Below, one piece after another: positions 36,581-45,552 of a DNA stretch of 64,000 bases. Origin of the DNA: Candidatus Latescibacterota bacterium (GTDB lineage Bacteria > Latescibacterota > UBA2968 > UBA8231); NCBI GenBank assembly GCA_022825835.1, contig JAJDVZ010000156.1, positions 17,825 through 81,824 of the forward strand, in the 5' to 3' direction. Position 1 is the stretch's first letter; the number at the start of each line of letters is the position of its first letter. A program made the translations under genes and the position numbers. The notes below the pieces were generated by a model that saw only the letters and a list, made by a program, of their open reading frames with translations, did not search any database and was not told where the DNA came from.

Positions 36581-37538
36581 AGCGGGATTTATCGGCGCGG
36601 GGGGCCGCGGTCAGAGCGCCCACTACCCATCGGTCCATCGCCTCGCCGACCGGGTGGAGATGGCTGCGGTTTGCGAATTGGACGAAGAGCGCCTCAAGCA
36701 AGTGGTCGCAAAGCACGGCTTTACGCGCACGTACCAAGACCACCGCGCCATGCTCGACGAGATCGACCCGGACATTGTCTATTGCGTGATGAACGAGAAG
36801 TGGCTCCTGCAACCGGCTCTCGATTGTATCGCCGCGGGCAAGCACCTGTTTATCGAAAAGCCGCCCGGGGCCAACAGCGACGAGACGCGGGCGATTTTGG
36901 CGGCGGCCGAGCGTCAGGGCGTCTGGGTGATGGTCGGTCTCCAACGCCGCTACACCGCCGTCACCCGCGAGGCTATGCGCCTAGTGGCGACCAAAGGCCC
37001 GGTGTCGCTGGCGACTACTACTTTCAACAAACAGCTTCCGCAGCGCGCCGACGAATTTACCACGACCTTGTGGAACGATTTGGTCCACATCGTCGATCTG
37101 CTGCGCTACATGGCTAGCGGCGAGCCGGTGGAAGTTACCGCCTACCAAGACAAATTCGGCGGCGAGGGCTTCAACCACTACACGGCGCTGGTGCGCTTTG
37201 ACAATCGCGCGACCGGCGTGATGCTCGGCAACCGCGCCTCTGGCGGGCGGGTGTTGCGCTCGGAGCTACACGGCGTGGGCGTTGGCTGCTACATGAAAAT
37301 TCCCAGTGAAATCGAAATCCACGAGGACAACCAAGCCCGCACCCTCGGCGGCTGGGAAATCGACGGCGTGCCCCAAGACGATGTGCCTCGCTACGAGGGG
37401 GTCTTGACTATGCACGAGCACTTCCTCGATTGCGTGGTTGAAAACCGGCAGCCGATCACCGACATTCGCGACGTGATTCACTCAATCGCGCTAGTGGATC
37501 AGATTGAGGCGGCTGAGATTATGGCGGCGAAGACATAG
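36573..37538 (+). CDS. Gfo/Idh/MocA family oxidoreductase
   Basis: MLKAGFIGAGGRGQSAH and FIEKPPG. The ATG overlaps the upstream stop by 8 nt. Confidence 0.85.
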   Translation: MLKAGFIGAGGRGQSAHYPSVHRLADRVEMAAVCELDEERLKQVVAKHGFTRTYQDHRAMLDEIDPDIVYCVMNEKWLLQPALDCIAAGKHLFIEKPPGANSDETRAILAAAERQGVWVMVGLQRRYTAVTREAMRLVATKGPVSLATTTFNKQLPQRADEFTTTLWNDLVHIVDLLRYMASGEPVEVTAYQDKFGGEGFNHYTALVRFDNRATGVMLGNRASGGRVLRSELHGVGVGCYMKIPSEIEIHEDNQARTLGGWEIDGVPQDDVPRYEGVLTMHEHFLDCVVENRQPITDIRDVIHSIALVDQIEAAEIMAAKT

Positions 37539-37570
37539 GCTATGTCGAAAATGGTGTAGTAGTAATAAAT

Positions 37571-37605
37571 CGGCCTCCGCGTCGTCGCACATGACGCGGA
37601 GGCCG
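37571..37605. terminator. Strong GC hairpin between convergent genes
   Basis: CGGCCTCCGCGTC-N9-GACGCGGAGGCCG gives a 13-bp perfect stem. A T-rich stretch lies a few nt downstream. Confidence 0.6.
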
Positions 37606-37691
37606 GTCGTTAGCTTTTCGTCGATTTTTTCTCCGCTTTCTCGAATCACCTCCGTCGGTATAATCCCCAATTCTCACAGAACACCTGCGCC

Positions 37692-38822
37692 TTAAAATTC
37701 CACATACGGTTCAGACTCAATCGGCGTAAACGATTTCGGCGGATGTTGTTCCATAACATCTTCTCGCAACTCTACGCCCCAACCCGGCCCTGCCGGTGGC
37801 ACACAGTGCCCATCGATCACTTCAATAGGCTGCGTAAGGACCTTGTTGTATCGATCAATGGACGACACGAAAATTTCCTGCATCAAACTGTTGTGAATGC
37901 AAAGATCCAAATGTAAGCTGGCGATTGTTGAAATCGGCCCATTGGAATTGTGTGGGGCGACCGTCACATAATACGTCTCGGCCATTGCGGCAATTTTCTT
38001 TAATTCAGTGATGCCGCCTGCGTGACAAATGTCCGGCTGAATAATCCCAACCGCATTCAGTTCCAACAACGCGCGAAAATCCCAGCGAGTGTACAACTGC
38101 TCACCCGTCGCAATTGGCACATTTACTTCACGGGTAAATTGCGCTAGCGCTTCTGGATTATCCCACAAAATCGGCTCTTCCATCCACGCAATGTTATAGG
38201 GTTCTAATTCTTGCGCCACGCGTCGTGCGCTCCATATATTCAAGCGCGCGCGAATGTCGATTCCTATTTCAATTTGCGACCCGGCAGCTTCGCGTGCCGC
38301 TTCCACAAGGGCGACGCCGTGCTGAATGCGCTCGATGGTGGCCACCTGTGCGCCTCTAAAAGGGTAAAACTTCAACGCCTCATAGCCTTGATCCACTACT
38401 CGTTTTACGCCCTCGGCGATCCCTTCAGGTGTGTTGTTCTTTCGCGGCCAGCCATTGGCGTACATGCGAATTTTGTCGTGCGATTTTCCACCTAACAGTT
38501 CATACACTGGGACGCCCAAGGCTTTGCCTTTGATGTCCCACAACGCCAGATCAATCGCACTGATCGCACTCGTTGTCACCGCTCCCCCTGACCACGTTAC
38601 GCGCCGATACAGCGAAGTCCAGATCCGCTCGATCTCAAATGGATTTTTGCCTAGCAGGAAACGCTTGAACGCCGCAAACTCGCCGAGCAATGCGTCGTCT
38701 TTGTATTGCAAACTCGCCTCGCCCCAGCCATGAATACCGGCGTTGGTCTCAATTTTCACGAACAGCCAATTGTTGGTCCCTTCCGACCCCATCCGCATCA
38801 CTTGCAAATCAGTGATTTTCAT
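37692..38822 (-). CDS. Enolase-superfamily dehydratase (D-galactonate/mannonate dehydratase-like)
   Basis: MKITDLQV...NWLFVKIETNAGIHGWGEASL resembles the DgoD N-terminus. MR/MLE C-terminal barrel with GIDIR..., WMEEP and QPDICHAGG. Confidence 0.85.
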   Translation of the reverse strand: MKITDLQVMRMGSEGTNNWLFVKIETNAGIHGWGEASLQYKDDALLGEFAAFKRFLLGKNPFEIERIWTSLYRRVTWSGGAVTTSAISAIDLALWDIKGKALGVPVYELLGGKSHDKIRMYANGWPRKNNTPEGIAEGVKRVVDQGYEALKFYPFRGAQVATIERIQHGVALVEAAREAAGSQIEIGIDIRARLNIWSARRVAQELEPYNIAWMEEPILWDNPEALAQFTREVNVPIATGEQLYTRWDFRALLELNAVGIIQPDICHAGGITELKKIAAMAETYYVTVAPHNSNGPISTIASLHLDLCIHNSLMQEIFVSSIDRYNKVLTQPIEVIDGHCVPPAGPGWGVELREDVMEQHPPKSFTPIESEPYVEF

Positions 38823-38853
38823 TTTTTTCTCCGTTGTATGTTAGATAGTAGTT

Positions 38854-40083
38854 TCAGACCACGCGCCACCACGGTGCGGCGAGTACGCGGTCAGTGAGCC
38901 AGAACGTCTCTTCGCCATCGTAGAGAATGATTCCACACTGCGCCATATCGGAGTACTCATCTAGGAACGTATGTAGATGTCGCACATCCCCGGGATGGAC
39001 GCTCGCGGCGGCCTTCACTTCTACGGGCAGCAGACGGCGGCCCGTTTCAATGACGAAATCGACCTCAGCACCCTTGGTAGTCCGCCAAAAGAGAATCTCT
39101 GTTCTTTCGATACGAGTAGTCGCCCAAGCGAGCAGATCGCAGAGTACCATGTTCTCTAGATGTGCGCCACGGGGATGTGCCTCGCCCGCTAAGTGCAAAG
39201 CCAACCCGGTATCACCCCAATAGAGTTTGGATGACTTAACCAGCCGTTTCGTCCTGTTGACAGAATAGGATGGCAGGCGCACCAATTGGAACGACACCTC
39301 TAGCAAGTTGAGATACCGCTGCACTGTGGAGGGGGCAAGATGCACGTCCCGAGCTAGGTCTGCTTGGTTTAATAGCCCTCCAACGCGCAGACAGGCTGCT
39401 GTCATCAACCTCCGCAGGTCGATTATGCTTGCGATAGGGGACAGACGCGGGATGTCCCGCTCCAAGTAGGTAGCCGCGTAGCCTTCGAACCATAGCTGCC
39501 TGTCGTCATCATCGCTCAACTCATGGGCTGGGACAGGATAACCTCCGCGTCGAGCAAGGGCCTGCCACGGCTCTGCTTCGGCTGGCTCCGCGAGCAGCAC
39601 ATCCCGCCATGCAGTAGGGGGCTCATCTACAAGCTCTGTCCACAGACCAGGCCTAGCCAATCCGCGTTGCTCACGACGGGTCATGGGCCAGAGCGTCAAG
39701 TAGCTAGCGCGGCCAGCCAGCGTTTCACCCACCTCCTTCATAAGCAGCAGATTCGCCGATCCAGTCAGGAGGAAACGGCCAGCAACCCGATCTTCGTCAA
39801 CGAGCCGCTTGATGGCGAGCAGCACATGCGGCACCCGCTGCACCTCATCAAGCGTGATCTGCACGGCCCGAGCAACAAGAGCATCTGGTTCGCGTTGAGC
39901 TTGTTCGAGGACGCCGTAATCGTCTAGGGTGAAGTAAGATCGGCTTGCCCCGATGGGATGCATGCGGGCGAGGGTGCTCTTGCCGGTCTGTCGTGCGCCA
40001 GTGAGAACAGCCACAGGCATAACCCGCAGCGCTCGCTCCACGCTCACGGAAGCAAATCGAGGTAGCAGTCGATTCGTGTTCAT
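38854..40083 (-). CDS. AAA-family ATPase with DUF4143-type C-terminal domain
   Basis: Start moved to 40083. Walker A GARQTGKST, Walker B/DEVQ (ITLDEVQRVP) and LLTGSANLLL. The C-terminus resembles a restriction-endonuclease-like DUF4143 (EVDFVIE). Confidence 0.8.
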   Translation of the reverse strand: MNTNRLLPRFASVSVERALRVMPVAVLTGARQTGKSTLARMHPIGASRSYFTLDDYGVLEQAQREPDALVARAVQITLDEVQRVPHVLLAIKRLVDEDRVAGRFLLTGSANLLLMKEVGETLAGRASYLTLWPMTRREQRGLARPGLWTELVDEPPTAWRDVLLAEPAEAEPWQALARRGGYPVPAHELSDDDDRQLWFEGYAATYLERDIPRLSPIASIIDLRRLMTAACLRVGGLLNQADLARDVHLAPSTVQRYLNLLEVSFQLVRLPSYSVNRTKRLVKSSKLYWGDTGLALHLAGEAHPRGAHLENMVLCDLLAWATTRIERTEILFWRTTKGAEVDFVIETGRRLLPVEVKAAASVHPGDVRHLHTFLDEYSDMAQCGIILYDGEETFWLTDRVLAAPWWRVV

Positions 40084-40096
40084 ATATCCATGATAT

Positions 40097-40133
40097 GGGT
40101 GATTATCACCCACGTCAAGGGTGATTATCACCC
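40097..40133. promoter_or_regulatory. Two direct copies of the 15-bp palindrome GGGTGATTATCACCC (candidate operator)
   Basis: Copies at 40097-40111 and 40119-40133, 7 nt apart (centre-to-centre 22 nt). They lie 14-50 nt upstream of the AAA ATPase start. Confidence 0.45.
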
Positions 40134-40143
40134 AAAAGACGAC

Positions 40144-41760
40144 CTATACGCCCGCAGCCCAGCCATTGCCTCCAGCGCGTACCTTGCCCTCGCTTTTGAG
40201 TACTTCCGCGCCGTGCGCACCGCCGGCCACGGCTTCTCTTACCAGCACCCGGTGGCCCATTTCTCTTAGGGTTTGCACAATCGCCGGGTCGATGCCGCGT
40301 TTTAGTTCGAGGGGTTCTTGGGCTTCGGCGTTGAGTCGGAGGGCTGTGGCCGCTCCCAAGGCGGTGGCGTTGAAGTCGATAATGCGCTGCCCGAGTTGGG
40401 CACCGACGCTGATGATGCGGCGACCGCCGGGTAGGCCGATGGCCACGTCGCGCTGGGGCCGGCGCAAGATCATGGGAACCACGTTGTTGAGCGGACGCTT
40501 GTGCGCGGCCACGGAGTTAGCTCGACCGGGACGGGGGTCCAAACGGCACATGCCGTGGCCCAAAATAATGCCTGTGCCCGGTACTGTGAGACAGGAGCCA
40601 AAGGCCCCGCCTTGGGTTATGGTAATGCCGACGAGATTGCCTTCGGCATCTGCAGCCGATACGTGCAGGGTTTCGGACACGGCTGGACCCGAGGCTTCGT
40701 ACACTTGCTGATCGACCTGCTCGGGGAATTGTTGCAGGGCTTCGACGCGACCGGCGGCGTAGTCCTTACTCAGCAAGCGCTCGACTGGTACATCGACGAA
40801 ATCGGGATCGCCGACGTAGCGCAGGCGGTCGCGCCAAGCCTGTTTGACGACTTCGGCTAGCTGGTGCCAGTACAGGGCTTGGTCGTCGGGTACTATGGGC
40901 AGGCATTCCAACATGTGGAGAATCTGGAGGGCAGAGAGGCAGCCGTTGGGCAAAATCGGCCCGTACACTGGCACGTCGCGGTAGGTGATTTGGTACGGCT
41001 CGGTCAGGCGCGGCGCAAAAGCAGCCATATCCTCGCGGGTGAGAGCACCGCCGCTGGCTTGGACATAATCGCCGATGGTGCGGCCCAATTCGCCGTCGTA
41101 AAAGTCGCGCCAGCCGGCTTGAGCCAAACGCGCCAGGGTGCGCTCCATGTCGGGGCGATGCCAAATGTCGTCGGGGCTAGGCAACTCGCCTTGCGGAGCG
41201 AGGTGGCTGAAAGTTGCGGGGAAGCGGCGCAGAATGGCTTCTTGGCTGCGGATGGTACCGGCTAGGGCTGGGCCGTAGGGAAAGCCGTCGGCGAGCAGCC
41301 CTTGGGCCGGGGCGACAATCGCGTCCCAAGGCAACTTTCCCCAGCGCTCGTGCAAGAAGCCCATGCCAGCCATTTGGCCGGGGACGGCTACGGACTGGGG
41401 GCCGTACACGTTGGCATCGTCGCGGACGCTACAGGCGTATTCCTTTTCGTTGGTGCACATGTTGTCGCGGCGGGCTGGCAGAATATCGTACATGTGCTCG
41501 TGGGCAGCGGCTGGAGCCACGGCATTGGCGTCGAGCGACCAGACGCGGCCAGTGGAACCTTCTAAGACGACCGCCGCCGACATGTAGCCGCCGATGCCAT
41601 TGGATTGGGGGGCCAACATGCAGCAGGCCAAACTGGTGGCCGCGGCCGCATCCATGGCGTTGCCGCCTTGGGCCAATATCTGTGCGCCAATGCGCGCCGC
41701 AGCCGGCTGCTGGGCGGATACAGCGCCGCGGTCGGCTAGTACTTGGTGTCCTTCGGTCAT
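40144..41760 (-). CDS. Gamma-glutamyltransferase family protein (no signal peptide)
   Basis: GAQILAQGGNAMDAAAATSLACCMLAPQSNGIGG, autoprocessing-site-like SETLHVSAADAEGNLVGITITQGGAFGS, and LNNVVPM. Confidence 0.85.
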   Translation of the reverse strand: MTEGHQVLADRGAVSAQQPAAARIGAQILAQGGNAMDAAAATSLACCMLAPQSNGIGGYMSAAVVLEGSTGRVWSLDANAVAPAAAHEHMYDILPARRDNMCTNEKEYACSVRDDANVYGPQSVAVPGQMAGMGFLHERWGKLPWDAIVAPAQGLLADGFPYGPALAGTIRSQEAILRRFPATFSHLAPQGELPSPDDIWHRPDMERTLARLAQAGWRDFYDGELGRTIGDYVQASGGALTREDMAAFAPRLTEPYQITYRDVPVYGPILPNGCLSALQILHMLECLPIVPDDQALYWHQLAEVVKQAWRDRLRYVGDPDFVDVPVERLLSKDYAAGRVEALQQFPEQVDQQVYEASGPAVSETLHVSAADAEGNLVGITITQGGAFGSCLTVPGTGIILGHGMCRLDPRPGRANSVAAHKRPLNNVVPMILRRPQRDVAIGLPGGRRIISVGAQLGQRIIDFNATALGAATALRLNAEAQEPLELKRGIDPAIVQTLREMGHRVLVREAVAGGAHGAEVLKSEGKVRAGGNGWAAGV

Positions 41761-41828
41761 GTTCTCCTCACAATGGGAAATTTCAACGCAACAATAGCTT
41801 TACTCGCCACGAATACAGGAATGTTCAT
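41757..41828 (-). CDS. Possible 23-codon upstream ORF coupled to the GGT start (MNIPVFVASKAIVALKFPIVRRT)
   Basis: The ATG is preceded by GAGGAG. Its TGA overlaps the GGT ATG (ATGA). It lies between two copies of a 29-nt SD-containing direct repeat. Confidence 0.2.
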   Translation of the reverse strand: MNIPVFVASKAIVALKFPIVRRT

Positions 41829-41874
41829 ATATCTAACTTCTCCTCATAACGGGGAATTTTAGCGCACCACTACG

Positions 41875-42903
41875 CTAGCCAAAACGCACGCCCGTTGGGA
41901 TAATTCCCACGTCTTCGCCGCGCCGCATGGCCTCAGCCGCGTCGAGGATGCTCGCCAAGTCGTGCTTGGGTTCAAACCCCAACTTTTGCTTGATGTTGGT
42001 CAAATCCAGTTCAAAGTAATTCCAATCCGGCCGCCGCGCATCGGCGTACCCCAATCCGAAGCGTTCGGCGAGATAGGGCACGGTCTCGCTCCAATCGAAC
42101 AGCGCGGCCCCGCCCAGATTGAACACCTCGCCCACGGCCTCGTCCCGCTCCAGCGCCAACACCAGCCCTTGGACGATGTCGCGCACGTCGGCATACACCT
42201 GCCGAAAGGGCCGCCCGTCTGGATTGCGCGATAGCAGGAACTGCTCCTCGCCCGTCCACAGCGCCTTGATCTCCTCGGCTCCCTCTCGGTCCTTGAACTG
42301 CTCGTAAACTGGCCCGAACAAAAACAGGTGCGGCAAGCCGTTTTCGTCGAGGAATTCCCCCGGCTCGATTATCGTGGCAAAGCGTGTGGTCACCGACGGT
42401 AGCCCGAACTGGAGGTTGTAGCTCATCACCAGCTCCTCGCCAATCCACTTGGTCAGGAAGTAGGGCATCGTCTGGTAGCGGGCGACTTGGTCTTCGCGGA
42501 TTGGCTCTTCAAAGCAGCGGCCGTTGTAGGGGTTCTCCCAGTAGATCGCCTCGGTGGAGGCATAGACCAAGCGGTGTAGATTGGGCGTCAGCTCGCGGAT
42601 GGACTCCAGCACGTTGATGGTGCCCATGCCGTTGATTTCGAGGTATTCGCGGTTGTCGAAGGGGCCGCCAAAGGCCGCGGCAATGTGGTACACCGCATCG
42701 ACTCCCGCGACGGCGCGGCGCACGTCGGCGAGATTGCGCAAGTCGCCTTCGATGGTCTCGACGCGGTCAAAGTCGTCGAGTTTGTGGGCACGGCTTTGGT
42801 CGCCGGGATAGACAAACGAGCGGATGTCGTGCCCTTTGTCGAGCAAAGCGCTGGCTAAGTTGGCTCCGACGCGGCCGGTGCCGCCAGTGATTAGGATTTT
42901 CAC
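41875..42903 (-). CDS. NAD-dependent epimerase/dehydratase (extended SDR)
   Basis: MKILITGGTGRVGANLA Rossmann motif and a YxxxK context (YFLTK). Confidence 0.85.
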   Translation of the reverse strand: MKILITGGTGRVGANLASALLDKGHDIRSFVYPGDQSRAHKLDDFDRVETIEGDLRNLADVRRAVAGVDAVYHIAAAFGGPFDNREYLEINGMGTINVLESIRELTPNLHRLVYASTEAIYWENPYNGRCFEEPIREDQVARYQTMPYFLTKWIGEELVMSYNLQFGLPSVTTRFATIIEPGEFLDENGLPHLFLFGPVYEQFKDREGAEEIKALWTGEEQFLLSRNPDGRPFRQVYADVRDIVQGLVLALERDEAVGEVFNLGGAALFDWSETVPYLAERFGLGYADARRPDWNYFELDLTNIKQKLGFEPKHDLASILDAAEAMRRGEDVGIIPTGVRFG

Positions 42904-42939
42904 GTTGCACCTCTCAGTGGTTAGGGACTACATAAGATA

Positions 42940-43100
42940 ATCCGCAGATGGACGCAGCCCCGGATTGTAGGGGCAACCCTCGTGGTTGCCCAGGTCCTAA
43001 AGCAAGGGTGCCCACAAGGGATGCCTCAATTAGTCTATGGCGTCCCCCACGCTACTGACATACTAGGTCCTAAAACAAGGGCGCCCACAAGGGACGCCCC
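42940..43100. repeat. Cluster of short intergenic repeats (CGCAGAT motif plus three REP-like hairpins and a 34-nt direct repeat)
   Basis: ATCCGCAGATGGACGCAG at 42940-42957. GGGGCAACCCTCGTGGTTGCCC at 42970-42991. AGGTCCTAAARCAAGGGYGCCCACAAGGGAYGCC at 42992-43025 and 43065-43098. Confidence 0.65.
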
Positions 43101-44584
43101 TACATGGGCAGGGCGCTGGCCAAAAGTTTTTCCGGCGTGGCCTCGGCCCTTTCGTACTCGGCGGCGATCCGCCCCTCGCGCATCACGTACACTCGGTCGC
43201 ACAGCCCTAGAATTTCGGGCATTTCCGAGGAGAGGACCACGATTGCCAGCCCTTGGCGCGCCAGCCCGTCTAGCAATTGGTAAATCTCGGCTTTGGCACC
43301 GACGTCTATTCCTCGGGTCGGCTCGTCGACGAGCAGCACTCGCAAGTTTTCCTTGAGCAGCCAGCGGGCCAGCAGTGCCTTTTGCTGATTGCCGCCGCTG
43401 AGCCGCGCGATGGTCTGCTCTTGGTCGGGGGGACGCAGGCGCAGGCGTGCGACGAGTGCGCCGACTTGCTGCCGCTCCATGCCTACCTGCACGTGGCCGG
43501 CGCGGCAGAATTGCTCTAAGGCCGCGACGCTCGCGTTTGCGCGCACGCTTTGCTGTGCGAAGAGGCCGTCGGCCCGGCGATCTTCCGGTACTAGGCCCAA
43601 CCCGAGGGTGCGCGCTTGCGGCGGTGCATTTGCCGGTACGGCGATTCCGTCGATGGTGATAGTTCCAGCGCGGCGGCGATCTGCGCCCATCACGGCTCGC
43701 GCTAGTTCCGTCCGTCCCGCGCCCATCAGCCCGGAAAACCCGACGATTTCCCCGGCGCACACCCGGAAGGAAATATCCTGCACTCGGTCCGTGGTCAACC
43801 CTTCCACTTCTAGCGCGCACGGCCCTGGCGTGCGATCGGCCGCGGGAAAACCTTGCCCCAACTCCCGCCCGACCATCAGGGCGATGAGCTGCTCCTCGTC
43901 GAGGTCGGTAGCCTGTTCGCAGGCGACGCGCTCTCCGTCGCGCAAGACCGTCACCCGGTCGGCCAGCGCCATGACCTCTGAAAGCTTGTGCGATACATAG
44001 ACTACGCCGACGCCTCGCGCCTTGAGCCGGGCAATGAGCGCAAAGAGCTTGTCGATCTCGCGCGTACTCAGGGCCGAGGTTGGCTCGTCCATGATGATTA
44101 TCTGGGCGTCGCACGCCAGCGCTCGCGCGATCTCGACCAATTGCTGCGAGGCCACGCCAAGGTGGCCGACCTTGGTCTGCGGATCAACTGCTAGCCCGAC
44201 CTCGGACAATAGCGTTGCTGAAGCGTCATAGAGCGCGTTCCACTGGACGCGGCCGCCGCGTCCGTGCGGCAGGCGACCGAAGAACAAATTCTCAGCCGCC
44301 GATAGCGAAGGGACTAGTTCTAACTCTTGGTAAACGACCGTAAGGCCGTGGTCTATGGCTTGGCGCGGATGGCGAATATCTACGGGACGGCCCGCAATCT
44401 GGTAGCGGCCTTGGTCGCGGTGGTACACGCCAGCCGCAATTTTGATCAAGGTGCTCTTGCCCGCGCCGTTTTCGCCGACTAGCGCGTGGACTTCTCCCGG
44501 TTGCACTTCAAAGTCAACGCCCTTGAGTGCATAGACGCCGGGGAAGCGCTTGTGGATATCCTCTAGGGACAGTAGCGGCGTCAT
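43100..44584 (-). CDS. Sugar ABC transporter ATP-binding protein (two fused ABC domains, RbsA/MglA type)
   Basis: Walker A GENGAGKST, a second degenerate P-loop GLMGAGRT, signature LSGGNQQK, and Walker B motifs IIIMDEPT and LLVDEPT. Confidence 0.9.
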   Translation of the reverse strand: MTPLLSLEDIHKRFPGVYALKGVDFEVQPGEVHALVGENGAGKSTLIKIAAGVYHRDQGRYQIAGRPVDIRHPRQAIDHGLTVVYQELELVPSLSAAENLFFGRLPHGRGGRVQWNALYDASATLLSEVGLAVDPQTKVGHLGVASQQLVEIARALACDAQIIIMDEPTSALSTREIDKLFALIARLKARGVGVVYVSHKLSEVMALADRVTVLRDGERVACEQATDLDEEQLIALMVGRELGQGFPAADRTPGPCALEVEGLTTDRVQDISFRVCAGEIVGFSGLMGAGRTELARAVMGADRRRAGTITIDGIAVPANAPPQARTLGLGLVPEDRRADGLFAQQSVRANASVAALEQFCRAGHVQVGMERQQVGALVARLRLRPPDQEQTIARLSGGNQQKALLARWLLKENLRVLLVDEPTRGIDVGAKAEIYQLLDGLARQGLAIVVLSSEMPEILGLCDRVYVMREGRIAAEYERAEATPEKLLASALPM

Positions 44585-45552
44585 GTCGGAGGTGCGAGTA
44601 AACGCCGCAAGAGGCTTTGCTTGCGGCGGGTGTCCAGATACACGGCGAGGATAATTACCGCGCCGCGCGCAATGTCGTGGTAAAAGGACGACACGTTCAG
44701 CAGCACCAAGCCGTTGGAGAGCACCGTCAGAATTAAGATGCCGATAAAGGCACCGCCGAGCGTGCCCACGCCGCCCGTCAGGCTGATGCCGCCCAAGATC
44801 ACCGCGGCGATCACCTGCAACTCAAACCCGAGGCCGGCATTCGGCTGCCCGGAGTTGAGGCGCGAGGCCAAGATGAAAGCGCTCAGCGCCGCCAGTACGC
44901 CACCGAGCACGAAGACCAAGACGCGCGTGCGATCTACGGCCAAGCCCGCGAGCCGCGCCGCTTGGATATTGCCGCCGATGGCGTAGATATAGCGGCCGAG
45001 GATGGTGTGGTGGAGGACGTAGTAAAACAGCCCCAAGAGGACAAAGGTAGCCAGCACTGGGATCGGGATCGGCCCCAAGTGTCCGGTTCCCACTTCGATG
45101 AAGCCTTCTACTTTGCCTTGGATCGACACCGCTTGGGTGCTGACCATAGCTGCGCCGCGCAAAATGGCCATCATGCCCAAAGTCGCGATCAGGGAGTTGA
45201 TGCCGGCCTTGGTGACCAACAAGCCGTTGCACAGCCCGACGAGCGCTCCGGCGGCGAGTGCGGCGATGAGTGCCAGCGTTACGCTTTCAAACTGATTGAG
45301 CACGGCCACGGCGATGATCCCGGCCACCGCTTGGGTCGAGCCGACGCTTAGGTCGATCTCGCCGAGCAGGATGATCATCACCATGCCGATTCCGGCGATG
45401 GCTACCAGCGAGGCGTCGCGCAGCACGTTCTTGATATTGACGGCGGTAAAGAAGACCGGCGTCAGCAGGGAAATCCCCACGCAGAGCAAGACTAGCGCCA
45501 ACAACAGCCCGGCCTGCTCGCTGTGGAGCATCCGCGACAGTAAGCGACTCAT
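44581..45552 (-). CDS. Sugar ABC transporter permease (RbsC/BPD_transp_2 type)
   Basis: About 9 TM helices, with GEIDLSVGS and GGISLTGGVGT motifs. 4-nt overlaps with both neighbours. Confidence 0.9.
   Translation of the reverse strand: MSRLLSRMLHSEQAGLLLALVLLCVGISLLTPVFFTAVNIKNVLRDASLVAIAGIGMVMIILLGEIDLSVGSTQAVAGIIAVAVLNQFESVTLALIAALAAGALVGLCNGLLVTKAGINSLIATLGMMAILRGAAMVSTQAVSIQGKVEGFIEVGTGHLGPIPIPVLATFVLLGLFYYVLHHTILGRYIYAIGGNIQAARLAGLAVDRTRVLVFVLGGVLAALSAFILASRLNSGQPNAGLGFELQVIAAVILGGISLTGGVGTLGGAFIGILILTVLSNGLVLLNVSSFYHDIARGAVIILAVYLDTRRKQSLLRRLLAPPT

Noticed and set aside
40121-40711. 196-aa + strand ORF
   Set aside because: It is antisense to the GGT-family gene, with low-complexity Ala/Pro/Ser/Arg composition.
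43035-44114. 359-aa Arg/Ala/Pro-rich ORF on the minus strand
   Set aside because: It lies in an alternative frame inside the well-supported ABC ATPase gene (43100-44584). The low-complexity Arg-rich composition is typical of off-frame ORFs in GC-rich DNA.
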